Below, in pieces: positions 52,282 through 61,407 of a DNA stretch of 64,000 nucleotides. Numbering within the stretch: the stretch's first letter is position 1; the number at the start of each line of letters is the position of its first letter. Below the pieces are notes generated by a model. The model saw nothing but the letters and a program-made list of their open reading frames with translations, had not been told where the DNA came from and made no database searches. The position numbers were made by a program, and so were the translations under genes. Source of the stretch: Nitrospirota bacterium (lineage in GTDB: Bacteria > Nitrospirota > Nitrospiria > Nitrospirales > Nitrospiraceae). The DNA lies in the NCBI GenBank assembly GCA_963701855.1, contig CAVPBK010000006.1, positions 1,408,001-1,472,000 of the forward strand. The letters run 5' to 3'.

Positions 52282-52288
52282 GCCTCGT

Positions 52289-53668
52289 ATGCCTTCACGA
52301 TTGATCACCCCGTCTCGCCCAAATAGTAAGAAAACCACCATCGGTTTTGTCAATCTAGGTTGTTCGAAAAACCAGGTCGATTCCGAAGTCATGCTAGGTG
52401 CCTTGGTGACGGACGGGTTTGCTTTGACCGATAACCCAAAGAAAGCCGAAGTGGTCATCATCAATACCTGCGGTTTCATCGAAGAGGCCAAGCAGGAATC
52501 GATCGATACGATCATTGCGCACGGCAAACTAAAAGAGACAGGATCCTGTCGGGTGTTAATTGCCGCCGGCTGTCTGGCGCAACGGTATCAAGGAGATCTC
52601 CTCAAGCAATTACCGGAACTTGACGGTGTGGTAGGGACCGGTGAGTTCGGAAAAATCGCGGAGATTTGCCGGAACCTGCTGGCGCCGAAGAAGCGGCAAC
52701 AACGGCTCTGGATCAGCGAGCCGCCCTATCTGTACGACGCAGACGCGCCGCGTCTCCGTCTCGGGAAGGCCCATAGCGCCTATGTGAAAATCGCCGAAGG
52801 CTGTAACCGGAATTGCGCCTTCTGCGCGATCCCCCTGATGCGAGGCAAGCAACGAAGCCGTCCGGTGGAATCGATCGTAGCCGAAGCCACTCGCCTCGCA
52901 GCTGAAGGCGTAAAGGAAATCAATCTTATTTCCCAGGACACGGTGAATTATGGCGTGGACCTTGGTGTCCGCCACGGCCTCGTCACACTGCTTCGCGAGC
53001 TGGTGAAGGTGAAAGACTTGCGCTGGATCAGGCCGTTCTATCTCTATCCGCAGCAGGTATCGGACGAGCTGTTAGATCTCTATGCAGGCGAAGAAAAGAT
53101 TACCAGATATATCGACATGCCGCTGCAACACATCAACGATCGGATGCTTAAGCGGATGCACCGACTGGGCGATCGCGCCGCCATTACTTCCCTTGTCGAT
53201 CGGATTAGGACGCGCATTCCCGGCGTCACGTTTCGCACGGCCTTCATCGTGGGGTTTCCTGGAGAGACGGAGCAGGCGTTCGACGAACTGAGAGGCTACG
53301 TGGAAGAGGCCGAGTTTGATCGGGTGGCGGTGTTTTTGTATTCGGACGAGGAGGACACGCCGGCCGTCGGGTTTGATGACAAGGTCGAGCGATCGGTCAT
53401 GGATGACCGACGGAATGAAATCTTAGCCGTACAAGAAGAGATTGCGGCGGCACGAGGCCAAACCCGTATTGGCTCTGTGATGGAGGTCTTGGTCGAAGGA
53501 GTCTCAGAAGAAACAGAGTTATTACTTGAAGGACGCCATGAAGGGCTGGCTCCGGAGATCGACGGGGTTGTGTATATCAACGATGGGTCGGCTACGGCAG
53601 GGGAACTCGTCAAGGTCGAGATCACCGATGCGGCATTGTATGATCTTGTAGGCCACATCGTCACTTAG
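52289..53668 (+). CDS. rimO: Ribosomal protein S12 methylthiotransferase
   Basis: LGCSKNQVDSE, NTCGFIEEAKQES, CNRNCAFC radical SAM motif, APEIDG TRAM domain. Confidence 0.97.
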   Translation: MPSRLITPSRPNSKKTTIGFVNLGCSKNQVDSEVMLGALVTDGFALTDNPKKAEVVIINTCGFIEEAKQESIDTIIAHGKLKETGSCRVLIAAGCLAQRYQGDLLKQLPELDGVVGTGEFGKIAEICRNLLAPKKRQQRLWISEPPYLYDADAPRLRLGKAHSAYVKIAEGCNRNCAFCAIPLMRGKQRSRPVESIVAEATRLAAEGVKEINLISQDTVNYGVDLGVRHGLVTLLRELVKVKDLRWIRPFYLYPQQVSDELLDLYAGEEKITRYIDMPLQHINDRMLKRMHRLGDRAAITSLVDRIRTRIPGVTFRTAFIVGFPGETEQAFDELRGYVEEAEFDRVAVFLYSDEEDTPAVGFDDKVERSVMDDRRNEILAVQEEIAAARGQTRIGSVMEVLVEGVSEETELLLEGRHEGLAPEIDGVVYINDGSATAGELVKVEITDAALYDLVGHIVT

Positions 53669-53871
53669 CAGGATGCTGAAAAAGCTCGCGAGCTTCGTTC
53701 TCACATCGTTTGGGTCCTCAACGTACCCCAGAGGGTACGTCTCCGGGCCTTCACTCGCTGTGGCCTTGCTGGCGGACATTTTGAGCATCCTGCGTGATTT
53801 TCATCTGTTGTCCATGACCTGTAGGCCGTGGGAGGGGTTTCTGCATACCACACAATAATTTCCAGAACCGC
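53665..53871 (-). mobile_element. MITE-like element with palindromic cargo (reverse of the 40344 type)
   Basis: TTAG-CAGGATGCTGAAAAAG...CCTCAACGTAC..GTACG..TCCGG...GGCCTTGCTGG...TTTTGAGCATCCTGCGTG, plus a degenerate outer arm. Confidence 0.85.
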
Positions 53872-53949
53872 CCAGCGTCGGTTCTGCCGTGATCGCTACC
53901 TGTCTGCTACACTTCAGAAAGTTCCTTTCATCGGAAAGATAGGCCCACG

Positions 53950-54813
53950 ATGGCACACCGAAACGAATCTGTCGTTCTCCTGATCCATTGTAAGGATCGC
54001 AGGGGTATTGTGGCCCGTGTTTCAGGCTTCATTCACGACTTCGGTGGGAATATTCTCGATTCGGATCATCATACAGATGAAGAGACGAACGAATTTCTCA
54101 TGCGCATGGAGTTTGCCGCCGAGGGTTTGCAGATTCCACCCGATGAGATTGCGACCGCCTTCGCTCCAGTTGCCAAGACCTTCGAGATGCGTTACGAGGT
54201 TCGCTCTTCAAGCCGCCGAACGCGGGTTGCGATGTTGGTCTCAAGACAGGATCACTGCCTGGCGGATCTGCTCCAACGGCACAAACGCGACGAGTTGCAC
54301 ATCGATATCCCCGTGATTATTTCCAATCACGATACCTGTGCCGTCTGGGCCGAACTATTCCAGATTCCCTTCTCCATCTGTCCCGTAACCAAGGAGACCA
54401 AGCCGCAGCAGGAACAGCAAGTCCTCACCCTGCTGAGGGACCAGCGAATCGAGCTCGTGGTCATGGCCCGGTACATGCAAATTCTTAGCGGCACCTTTCT
54501 GTCACAGGCCGGCTGTCCAGTCATCAATATCCATCACTCCTTTCTCCCCGCATTCATCGGCGCCAATCCCTATCGGCAGGCCTATGACCGGGGCGTGAAA
54601 ATCATCGGAGCGACAGCGCACTATGCCACGGAGGATCTGGACGAAGGTCCGATCATCGAGCAAGACGTCATGCGTGTGGGCCACCGGGATACGGTCGATG
54701 ATCTGGTGAGGAAGGGACGGGACCTGGAGGAAATTGTGCTGGCCCGCGCCGTGCGCCGCCATGTTGAACGACGGGTGCTGGTGTATGGCAGAAAAACCGT
54801 GGTGTTCGATTAG
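53950..54813 (+). CDS. purU: Formyltetrahydrofolate deformylase
   Basis: ACT domain, ISNH, ARYMQIL, INIHHSFLPAF, GATAHY, LDEGPIIEQD. Confidence 0.97.
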   Translation: MAHRNESVVLLIHCKDRRGIVARVSGFIHDFGGNILDSDHHTDEETNEFLMRMEFAAEGLQIPPDEIATAFAPVAKTFEMRYEVRSSSRRTRVAMLVSRQDHCLADLLQRHKRDELHIDIPVIISNHDTCAVWAELFQIPFSICPVTKETKPQQEQQVLTLLRDQRIELVVMARYMQILSGTFLSQAGCPVINIHHSFLPAFIGANPYRQAYDRGVKIIGATAHYATEDLDEGPIIEQDVMRVGHRDTVDDLVRKGRDLEEIVLARAVRRHVERRVLVYGRKTVVFD

Positions 54814-55034
54814 CCGGAAGCCCCAAAAGTCCGCCAGTACGAAGAAGGTTGAGGCTAAGGTTGAGATAAAGAGAGTCTGATCTTTGATCAACCTTGACCT
54901 CAACCTCAGCCTACCCTTTCGCTGCGGCCTTGCTGGACGAACTTTTTGAGCATCCGGCTGGGTCTATACCTATTATCCTAGACGTGCAGACCATTGAAAT
55001 TCCTGCGTACCCACAGAGTCTTTCCGCCGCCTGC
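54810..55034 (-). mobile_element. MITE-like element with 6-mer foldback cargo
   Basis: TTAG-CCGGAAGCCCCAAAAGTCCGCCAG, then AGGTTG AGGCTA AGGTTG ... CAACCT TGACCT CAACCT CAGCCT, then TCGCTGCGGCCTTGCTGGAC..TTTTTGAGCATCC and the outer arm. Confidence 0.8.
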
Positions 55035-55239
55035 GTCTAACCCCATATGCGCTTCCATGCTAGATCTCGACGCCAGAGCGTGAATGTTGCTTTCGGGGCA
55101 TTCATGCTAATACAACGAACCAGCGAGGATACTTGGCGAAAGAGGTAGAAATTTGTCCCAAGAAAGATGACGTTGCCCTGTTGGTCGTCATCTCTCTTGG
55201 GTACAACTCCACGCAAACTCCGGCCGGCTAAACCAAAAC

Positions 55240-55719
55240 CTAACGGTCCGCTACTCCGGGAGCGAGGACGAGATTGACAGGAATCTTTTCCGCTAATGTG
55301 TAGGGGCTCGCCTTATTTTCCTTCACCCACCGCTTCTCAGCGACAGACTCAAAAGGTGGAGCCAGTTCCCCTTGAAGAGACCACAGATCGACCGGTGTCT
55401 CGTCAACGGAAATCTCCCAATCATAGCCCCTGTCCTTGATGTAGGGAGCAATGACGGCATCAAGTGTCCTAATCCACCATTCTCTGAGGATCGGGCCAGG
55501 TAGCGTCCTCGCAATGTGGTCGATCTTAAACCGAACAAATTTGTTATGCAGCTCGCCACCGACAAAGCAGGAGTCCTTGGCTATCTCCTCAAAAATGAAC
55601 ACGACATAGAACTTAGGAATCGGGATGCTCGCATACACCTCCGTCACCCTCTTGGCCAGCGCCTTTTTGTCTTCGGCAGAAAACGCTCCGACTGGATGAT
55701 AAACTTTCCATAACGGCAT
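55240..55719 (-). CDS. Tautomerase superfamily protein (Pro-1)
   Basis: GAGG RBS; MPLWKVYHP start, IPKFYVVFIFEE, HIAR, GYDWEISVDETP. Confidence 0.85.
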   Translation of the reverse strand: MPLWKVYHPVGAFSAEDKKALAKRVTEVYASIPIPKFYVVFIFEEIAKDSCFVGGELHNKFVRFKIDHIARTLPGPILREWWIRTLDAVIAPYIKDRGYDWEISVDETPVDLWSLQGELAPPFESVAEKRWVKENKASPYTLAEKIPVNLVLAPGVADR

Positions 55720-56013
55720 ATTGTGTCCCTCCTCATTGGTTCGGCATTTGCTGTTTTGTGTTTGTCTGCACAATGGAGACCCATGGTCTTGTCCATCTCC
55801 GAATAGACCATGTCGGCTCTTTGGGGCTAATGATTCATCAGTCAGTCCTCCTTTCTTATCAGAACGCCGAATTGTCTTGAGTCATGTCGTTGCCAGGCAA
55901 AGCGCAAGGTGACTTGAACAACCTTGCAGCAAAAGGACTTAAGCAGGGAGTGCCACAGGCGCATTCACATTGATGGAGCTTCAACAGATTACAAATCCTT
56001 CCTGGTTCGAATG

Positions 56014-56086
56014 TGCAATTCTGTCACTTGCATTTCGAAAGTCATAGTAGTCCACATACTTGTGAAATGCAAGTGACAGAATTGCA
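56014..56086. promoter_or_regulatory. 23-bp perfect inverted repeat overlapping two ACTT-N9-AAGT boxes; candidate HxlR operator pair
   Basis: TGCAATTCTGTCACTTGCATTTC (56014-56036) and its exact reverse complement at 56064-56086. Confidence 0.7.
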
Positions 56087-56165
56087 TTATTTGCTGTAAC
56101 CCGGTAGTTCTAAATGGGTAAGATGATGGGTAATGTTGGGCGATGGTGAGCAGATGGGTGGCAAA

Positions 56166-56510
56166 ATGAAATTTAAGCGATCATCTTGTCCGATCACGAA
56201 TGTATTGGATACTCTCGGGGATAAATGGACGTTGTTGGTTATTCGCGATCTGGTCTTGGGCAAGAGACGATATCAGGAGTTCACGTCCTCTCCGGAAAAA
56301 ATCGCTTCAAACATCCTTGCGGATAGACTCAAGAAGCTGGAGACGGGTGGCCTTGTGACCCGGTATGCATACCAACGGAACCCCGTTCGCTATGAATACC
56401 TTCTCACAGAAAAAGGCGAGGGCCTAAAGCCGGTATTGGAAGCAATCATCGTATGGGGGAAAAAGCACTACCCGGGCACAAAGAGATTCCCTCGCATCGA
56501 GCAACGTTAA
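56166..56510 (+). CDS. HxlR-family (MarR/DUF24) transcriptional regulator
   Basis: RSSCPI...LGDKWTLLVIRDL, ILADRLKKLE, YEYLLTEKG. Confidence 0.93.
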   Translation: MKFKRSSCPITNVLDTLGDKWTLLVIRDLVLGKRRYQEFTSSPEKIASNILADRLKKLETGGLVTRYAYQRNPVRYEYLLTEKGEGLKPVLEAIIVWGKKHYPGTKRFPRIEQR

Positions 56511-56708
56511 CTCCATGGTTCATGAGGTTCGCGGCCAAATCCTCTGAAAGTGCATTTCCTGCAACGCCTATCGTGTGTTTTCGAGCAAGGTTCAATGCGT
56601 GGCTCATGCTGCTCATCGAACATTTAATTTTTAGCATGACGGCTACTGTTGCCTCTGGCCTCCCACCTCTCGCCAAAATATCGGCGACGACGGCAGACGT
56701 GCCGCGAA

Positions 56709-58142
56709 TCATGCGGATTTGGAAGGGGCTAGAACTCTTTTCGTCGGCACTGGGGCCAGCGGCAGTATCGCTGTAAAAGTCGAACCTTCGCCGACCTTGC
56801 TCTGGACCTCGATGCGCCCGCGATGGGATTCGACAATCCAAGCGCAGATGGCTAGCCCTAGGCCCGTGCCCTTTTTGGTATGGGCTCGCGCGTTATCAGT
56901 ACGATAGAACCGGTCGAAGATCCTGGACTGATCCTCTTGTGCGATCCCGATGCCGTGATCGGTCACGGCCACTCGTGCGTGAGTCTGGTCAAGTGTCAGC
57001 GCGATATCGACGATTCCACCGGGGCGAGAGTATTTGACTGCGTTATCGAGAAGGTTCAGGAACAGTTCGCGTAAACGTAGTTCATCTCCCAATATCATTG
57101 CCGGCGCGGTGGCTCGTAGCACGACCTGAATGTCCCGTTCCTGCCCCAAAAACAAGGCTTGCCGGTGGAGGTCCTCGACAAGCGTGTCCAATGGGATCGG
57201 CAGACGTTCCATCTTCACCTCGCCCATGTCGGCTCGGGAGAGAAAAAGCAACTCATCTACAATGCGCGTCATCCGGTCGATCTCTTCGAGATTGCTCTCC
57301 AGGACGATTTTGTAGTCGTCGGTTTCGCGAGGGCGTCGGAGCGCGAGTTCGGTTTCCCCTTTCATGACCGTCAACGGTGTACGCAGTTCGTGCGAGGCAT
57401 CGCTGCTGAACTGGCGGATCTGCCGGAAGGAGGTTTCAAGCCGGTCGATCATGTCATTAAACGTATTAGTCAGACGGCCGATTTCGTCGGCCGAGGCCGG
57501 TACAGTCAGTCGTTGTGTGAGATCGCCTCCGGCAATGCGTTGGGCAGCCAGCGTGATCGCATCGACCGGGCGCAAGGCTCGGCCGGCCATGAACCAGCCG
57601 CCGGCCAGCGACACGGCCAGCGCGATGGGGATACTGACTAGCAGTACGAGCAGGAGACGGTTCAGGGTCTGCTCGACGGAATCCATTGAAGTGCCGACCT
57701 GGATGATGTAGAGCAGGTTGCCTCGATAGATAATGGGAACTGAAATGAGGCGTAATGGCGGCTCCTTAGGATATTTTGCGAATTCGAGGAGCCTTCGGCC
57801 TGTGTAAGCGATTTCCAAGGCCTGGCGACTCAGAGGCATCTCATGCTGTTTCATGTTCGGCGAGCGAATGGTAATGGTGCCGGAAGGGCTGAAGATCTGA
57901 AAGAACTTATCGATGCGCGCCAATTCCGGGAACTGCGACATGAGTTCGTCTTCATCGATCAGGGGAAGAAACCCACGTTCTTCCAGCGACCGAACGGCTG
58001 CCTCAGCGGTTTCCTCCAGCGATTCATCGACCGCCTCGCGGAGGCTTCGAGCCGTCACCACGTAGAGGATGGTTGAAAAGATGATGAGGATGAGCGCGAG
58101 AGCGGTGCCGTACCAGAGCGTGAGCCGGAGGCGAAGCGGCAT
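56709..58142 (-). CDS. Sensor histidine kinase (HAMP-HisKA-HATPase, heavy-metal-sensor-like)
   Basis: Two transmembrane segments, DASHELRTPL, NLLDNAVKY, GTGLGL; TGATG coupling to the regulator. Confidence 0.93.
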   Translation of the reverse strand: MPLRLRLTLWYGTALALILIIFSTILYVVTARSLREAVDESLEETAEAAVRSLEERGFLPLIDEDELMSQFPELARIDKFFQIFSPSGTITIRSPNMKQHEMPLSRQALEIAYTGRRLLEFAKYPKEPPLRLISVPIIYRGNLLYIIQVGTSMDSVEQTLNRLLLVLLVSIPIALAVSLAGGWFMAGRALRPVDAITLAAQRIAGGDLTQRLTVPASADEIGRLTNTFNDMIDRLETSFRQIRQFSSDASHELRTPLTVMKGETELALRRPRETDDYKIVLESNLEEIDRMTRIVDELLFLSRADMGEVKMERLPIPLDTLVEDLHRQALFLGQERDIQVVLRATAPAMILGDELRLRELFLNLLDNAVKYSRPGGIVDIALTLDQTHARVAVTDHGIGIAQEDQSRIFDRFYRTDNARAHTKKGTGLGLAICAWIVESHRGRIEVQSKVGEGSTFTAILPLAPVPTKRVLAPSKSA

Positions 58143-58813
58143 CAGTCGACCTTCAGCATGTATCCGCTTCCGCGAATCGTGTGAATCAGCTTCTTTGAGC
58201 GTCCCCGGTCGATCTTGTTGCGGAGATAATTCACGTAGACATCGATGACATTGGTAAAGGTGTCGAAGTCCTGGGCCCACACATGTTCTGAGATCATAGG
58301 CCGGGTCAGTACGCGTCCTGTATGGCGCATCAGATATTCGAGCAGGGCATATTCCTTCAAGGTGAGGTCGATCCGCTGTCCGCCCCTGGTCACTTCGCGC
58401 GTGGCCGGGTTCAAGGCCAGATCGTCGATCTGGAGCACGCCGGGGCTTTCAGTGGAGCCGCGGCGGAGCAGGGCGCGAATGCGGGCGAGTAGTTCGTCGA
58501 TGGCGAAGGGCTTGGTGAGGTAATCATCCGCCCCTGCGTCGAGACCTTTCACGCGTTGGTCTACCTGCGATTGGGCAGTCAGAATCAGAATGGGGGTGCG
58601 AATCCCTGCCTGGCGGACGCCCTTGAGAATTTCCAATCCGGGCAATGACGGCAGCATCAAGTCGACGATCAGTAAATCGTAGTTGGTAATGAGGGCCATC
58701 TGAAGGCCTTGCGCGCCGTCTTCACAGAGGTCGACGGCGTAGCTCTCTTCTTCAAGCGCGCGCCTGATGAAACAGCCGACCTTGGTTTCGTCTTCAATGA
58801 CCAGGATACGCAT
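58142..58813 (-). CDS. OmpR-family response regulator (CusR/CopR-like)
   Basis: GLDAGADDYLTKPF, LTLKEYALLEYL, TNVIDVYVNYLRNKID. Confidence 0.95.
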   Translation of the reverse strand: MRILVIEDETKVGCFIRRALEEESYAVDLCEDGAQGLQMALITNYDLLIVDLMLPSLPGLEILKGVRQAGIRTPILILTAQSQVDQRVKGLDAGADDYLTKPFAIDELLARIRALLRRGSTESPGVLQIDDLALNPATREVTRGGQRIDLTLKEYALLEYLMRHTGRVLTRPMISEHVWAQDFDTFTNVIDVYVNYLRNKIDRGRSKKLIHTIRGSGYMLKVD

Positions 58814-58856
58814 AGTTGTCGATGGGGATTATAGCAAACCTCTGCCTATAATTTGT

Positions 58857-58991
58857 CTAGCAGGATGCGGGGAAAATCCGACAGCGGAAGAAGGCTGTTA
58901 CCCGGTTTGTCTCGTTTGTTTGGTTAAACAAGACCAATGAGATGAACAAAACAAACCAGACAAGCCAGATAGAGCAAACAACAGTCTTCTT
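58857..58991 (+). mobile_element. MITE-like half element with 9-mer foldback, left of sdhA
   Basis: CTAG-CAGGATGCGGGGAAAATCCGACAGCGGAAGAAGGCTGTT...AACAAGACCAATGAGATGAACAAAACAAACCAG...AACAGTCTTCTT. Confidence 0.85.
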
Positions 58992-60666
58992 ATGTCGGCG
59001 GGAAGCGCGTGACCGTCACAGGCTCATAGGTCAAGGCCGTTCCCTCGGAGGTCCGGCGGATGAGGCTATGTCTCAACCAATACCGATCATCGCGGACAGG
59101 GTAGTCCGACCGGTAATGAGCCCCACGGCTTTCCTTCCTGGCGAGGGCGCTGGCGACGATGGTTTCTGCGACATCGAGGAGAGACTGCAGCTCGAAGGCT
59201 TGCACGAGATCCGTATTAAATACTCGCCCTTTGTCCTGCACCGAGACGGAGGTGGCGCGATGGGTCAGTGCCGTGAGGGCCGAGAGCGCAGCAGACATGG
59301 ATTCGTGCGTCCGAACGAGGCCAAGGTTGAGGCTCATCAACTGGCCGAGCTCTTCCCGAACCTGCCACGCTCGGACCGGCCCCTCCTGTGACAGCAGGCG
59401 CTGAATGCGATGTTGCTCGGTTGCGAGCTGGTCTATTGTGAGTGCCTTTGGCGCGACGGTTCGAGCGTACTCTTCGGCTCGAATCCCGGCGCGCCGGCCG
59501 AACACAATCGTTTCAAGGAGTGAATTGCCTCCGAGCCGATTGGCGCCGTGCACACTGACGCAGGCGCATTCACCGGCCGCGTAAAGGCCGGCGATGCCTG
59601 TTTCAGTCCATTGATTGGTCCGGACACCGCCCATCTGATAGTGCGCGCCGGGACGGACAGGAATGGGCGTTTCGATGGGATCAAGACCGGCAAACTCAAT
59701 AGCGAGTTCTCTAATCTGAGGGAGCCGTTCAAGAATGCGCTGGCGTCCAAGGTGCCGCAAGTCCAGCAACACGCACCCGTCAACCCCGCGGCCTTCGAGG
59801 ATCTCTTGCCCGATGGCCAATGAGACAGTGGAGCGAGTGGCCAGCTCCATCTGCTGCGGGGCATAGGTTTTCATAAACCGTTCGCCCAACGTATTCAGGA
59901 GATAGGCTCCTTCTCCGCGAGCCCCTTCGGTAATGAGGATACCCGTGCCCTTGAGTGTGGTGGGATGGAACTGGACAAATTCCATGTCCGCCAGCGGAGC
60001 CCCGGCACGATACGCGAGTGCCATGCCGTCACCGGTATTGATCACGGCATTTGTACTCGTCAGGAAGACGCGCCCGCTGCCTCCCGTGGCTAAGATGACG
60101 GCTTTAGCCCCGATTGCGTGTAACCCTCCATGGATCAGATCCCACGCCACAACTCCTCGACAAACGCCGTCTTCCATAATCAATGTTGTGACATACCATT
60201 CTTCGTACACGTCGATGCGCCGCTTGAGCAGCTGTTCGTACATGGCGTGGAGGATGGCATGGCCGGTACGGTCGGCGGCATAACAGGTACGGGGAAAGCC
60301 CGCTCCGCCGAACGGACGTTGGGCTATCCGTCCCTGGTCGTTGCGACTGAAGATGACCCCCAGCCGTTCTAATTCGTGAATGTCGCCAGGCGCTTCGCGG
60401 CACATCGTCTCGATGGCATCCTGATCGCCGAGGTAGAGCCCGCCCTTCGCGGTGTCGAAGGCATGGGCTTCCCAGGAATCGTGCTCACCCAGTGCCGCGT
60501 TGATGCCCCCTTGCGCAGCCACAGAGTGACTGCGAACCGGATGTACCTTGGATATGACGGCGACGTCGAGATCCGGCGAGGCAGCAACCGCCGCTCTCAT
60601 CCCTGCCAGACCAGCTCCGATGATAAGAATGTCGTGTAGTTTCACAGCTCCCTGGGTATCTGTCAT
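58990..60666 (-). CDS. sdhA: Succinate dehydrogenase / fumarate reductase flavoprotein subunit
   Basis: [18 protein letters not shown] (FAD-His), [36 protein letters not shown]. Confidence 0.95.
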   Translation of the reverse strand: MTDTQGAVKLHDILIIGAGLAGMRAAVAASPDLDVAVISKVHPVRSHSVAAQGGINAALGEHDSWEAHAFDTAKGGLYLGDQDAIETMCREAPGDIHELERLGVIFSRNDQGRIAQRPFGGAGFPRTCYAADRTGHAILHAMYEQLLKRRIDVYEEWYVTTLIMEDGVCRGVVAWDLIHGGLHAIGAKAVILATGGSGRVFLTSTNAVINTGDGMALAYRAGAPLADMEFVQFHPTTLKGTGILITEGARGEGAYLLNTLGERFMKTYAPQQMELATRSTVSLAIGQEILEGRGVDGCVLLDLRHLGRQRILERLPQIRELAIEFAGLDPIETPIPVRPGAHYQMGGVRTNQWTETGIAGLYAAGECACVSVHGANRLGGNSLLETIVFGRRAGIRAEEYARTVAPKALTIDQLATEQHRIQRLLSQEGPVRAWQVREELGQLMSLNLGLVRTHESMSAALSALTALTHRATSVSVQDKGRVFNTDLVQAFELQSLLDVAETIVASALARKESRGAHYRSDYPVRDDRYWLRHSLIRRTSEGTALTYEPVTVTRFPPT

Positions 60667-60791
60667 TCTATCTAGTTCAGCTGGTTTGTTTTGTTCATCT
60701 CATTGGTCTTGTTAACCAGGCAAACGAGACAAACCAAATAAACCAAGAAACAATCTTCTTCCGCTGGCGGACTTTTTCAGCATCCTGCTAG
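60667..60791 (-). mobile_element. MITE-like half element with 9-mer foldback, right of sdhA (inverted copy of 58857)
   Basis: CTGGTTTGTTTTGTTCATCTCATTGGTCTTGTT...TCTTCTTCCGCTGGCGGACTTTTTCAGCATCCTG-CTAG. Confidence 0.88.
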
Positions 60792-60835
60792 ATTGTCTGC
60801 ACTCATACGTGACTCTCAGTCTGAAGGCAAGTCCC

Positions 60836-61285
60836 GCAGGCCTGAGAGAAATTCTGTGTATACACCGAAATTTCATTGGTCTATACGTCTGGGATAACAG
60901 GAGCGCAGCACGCAGGATGCTCAAAATGACCAGACTTCTCACCAGCCCAACCCTGGCGACTACTTCACCCTCCTGTCCTGAGTCTGCCAAGACAGCCTCT
61001 TTGTCTAAGGACGCGCCTTGTCCCAAGCAAGGCCGCAGCGAACTATCACTTTCATAAGGGGTGGGCGAGCGAGCGAGGGCCTTTCTGATTTCCCAACTTC
61101 CCCAGAGGGAGCAGGCAGATTGTTCTTTACTGCGCGCATCGAGCGAACACTGCTTTATCGTGGGGGCTCTGCGAGCAAAAAGAACGGTCTGCCTGCTCCC
61201 TCACATCCTTCTGAGGCCGCGCGTTGCCTGAGCGCAAGGGGATCGTCCCGGCTACCCTGTCCCCTCTTTTTCAGTATCCTGCTAG
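60836..61285 (+). mobile_element. Nested MITE-like element upstream of gcvP
   Basis: Outer arm GAAATTTCATTGGTC, CAGGATGCTCAAAA, CAAGGCCGCAGCGA, long GC-rich module, TTTTTCAGTATCCTG-CTAG. Confidence 0.85.
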
Positions 61286-61407
61286 AAGCTCTCACGTGAC
61301 TCTTGGAGAACAGGGGGTAGGCATGGTATTCTCCGAACCGCACGTGAGTCAGCCGGCACATCGGGGCTCTCAACGACCAGATATATCCAAAGGACAAGAC
61401 AAACGCC

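Noticed and set aside
60812..60850. Possible glycine riboswitch upstream of gcvP (ACTCTCAG...GAAGG...CTGAGAG)
   Set aside because: Motifs are in the wrong order for the aptamer, the 3' half belongs to the MITE outer arm (homologous to 54960-55034), and it lies about 550 bp from gcvP
40344..61285. CRISPR-like array
   Set aside because: Repeats are dispersed singly between genes in both orientations, with no regular repeat-spacer periodicity and no cas genes
40252..61299. ORFs such as MLKKLAS.../MLKKFVQQGRS.../FFTARIERPP... (40252, 44056, 50824, 50905, 51676, 53673, 60712, 61018)
   Set aside because: They are translations of the repeat family; stops and frames differ between copies, so there is no sign of coding constraint
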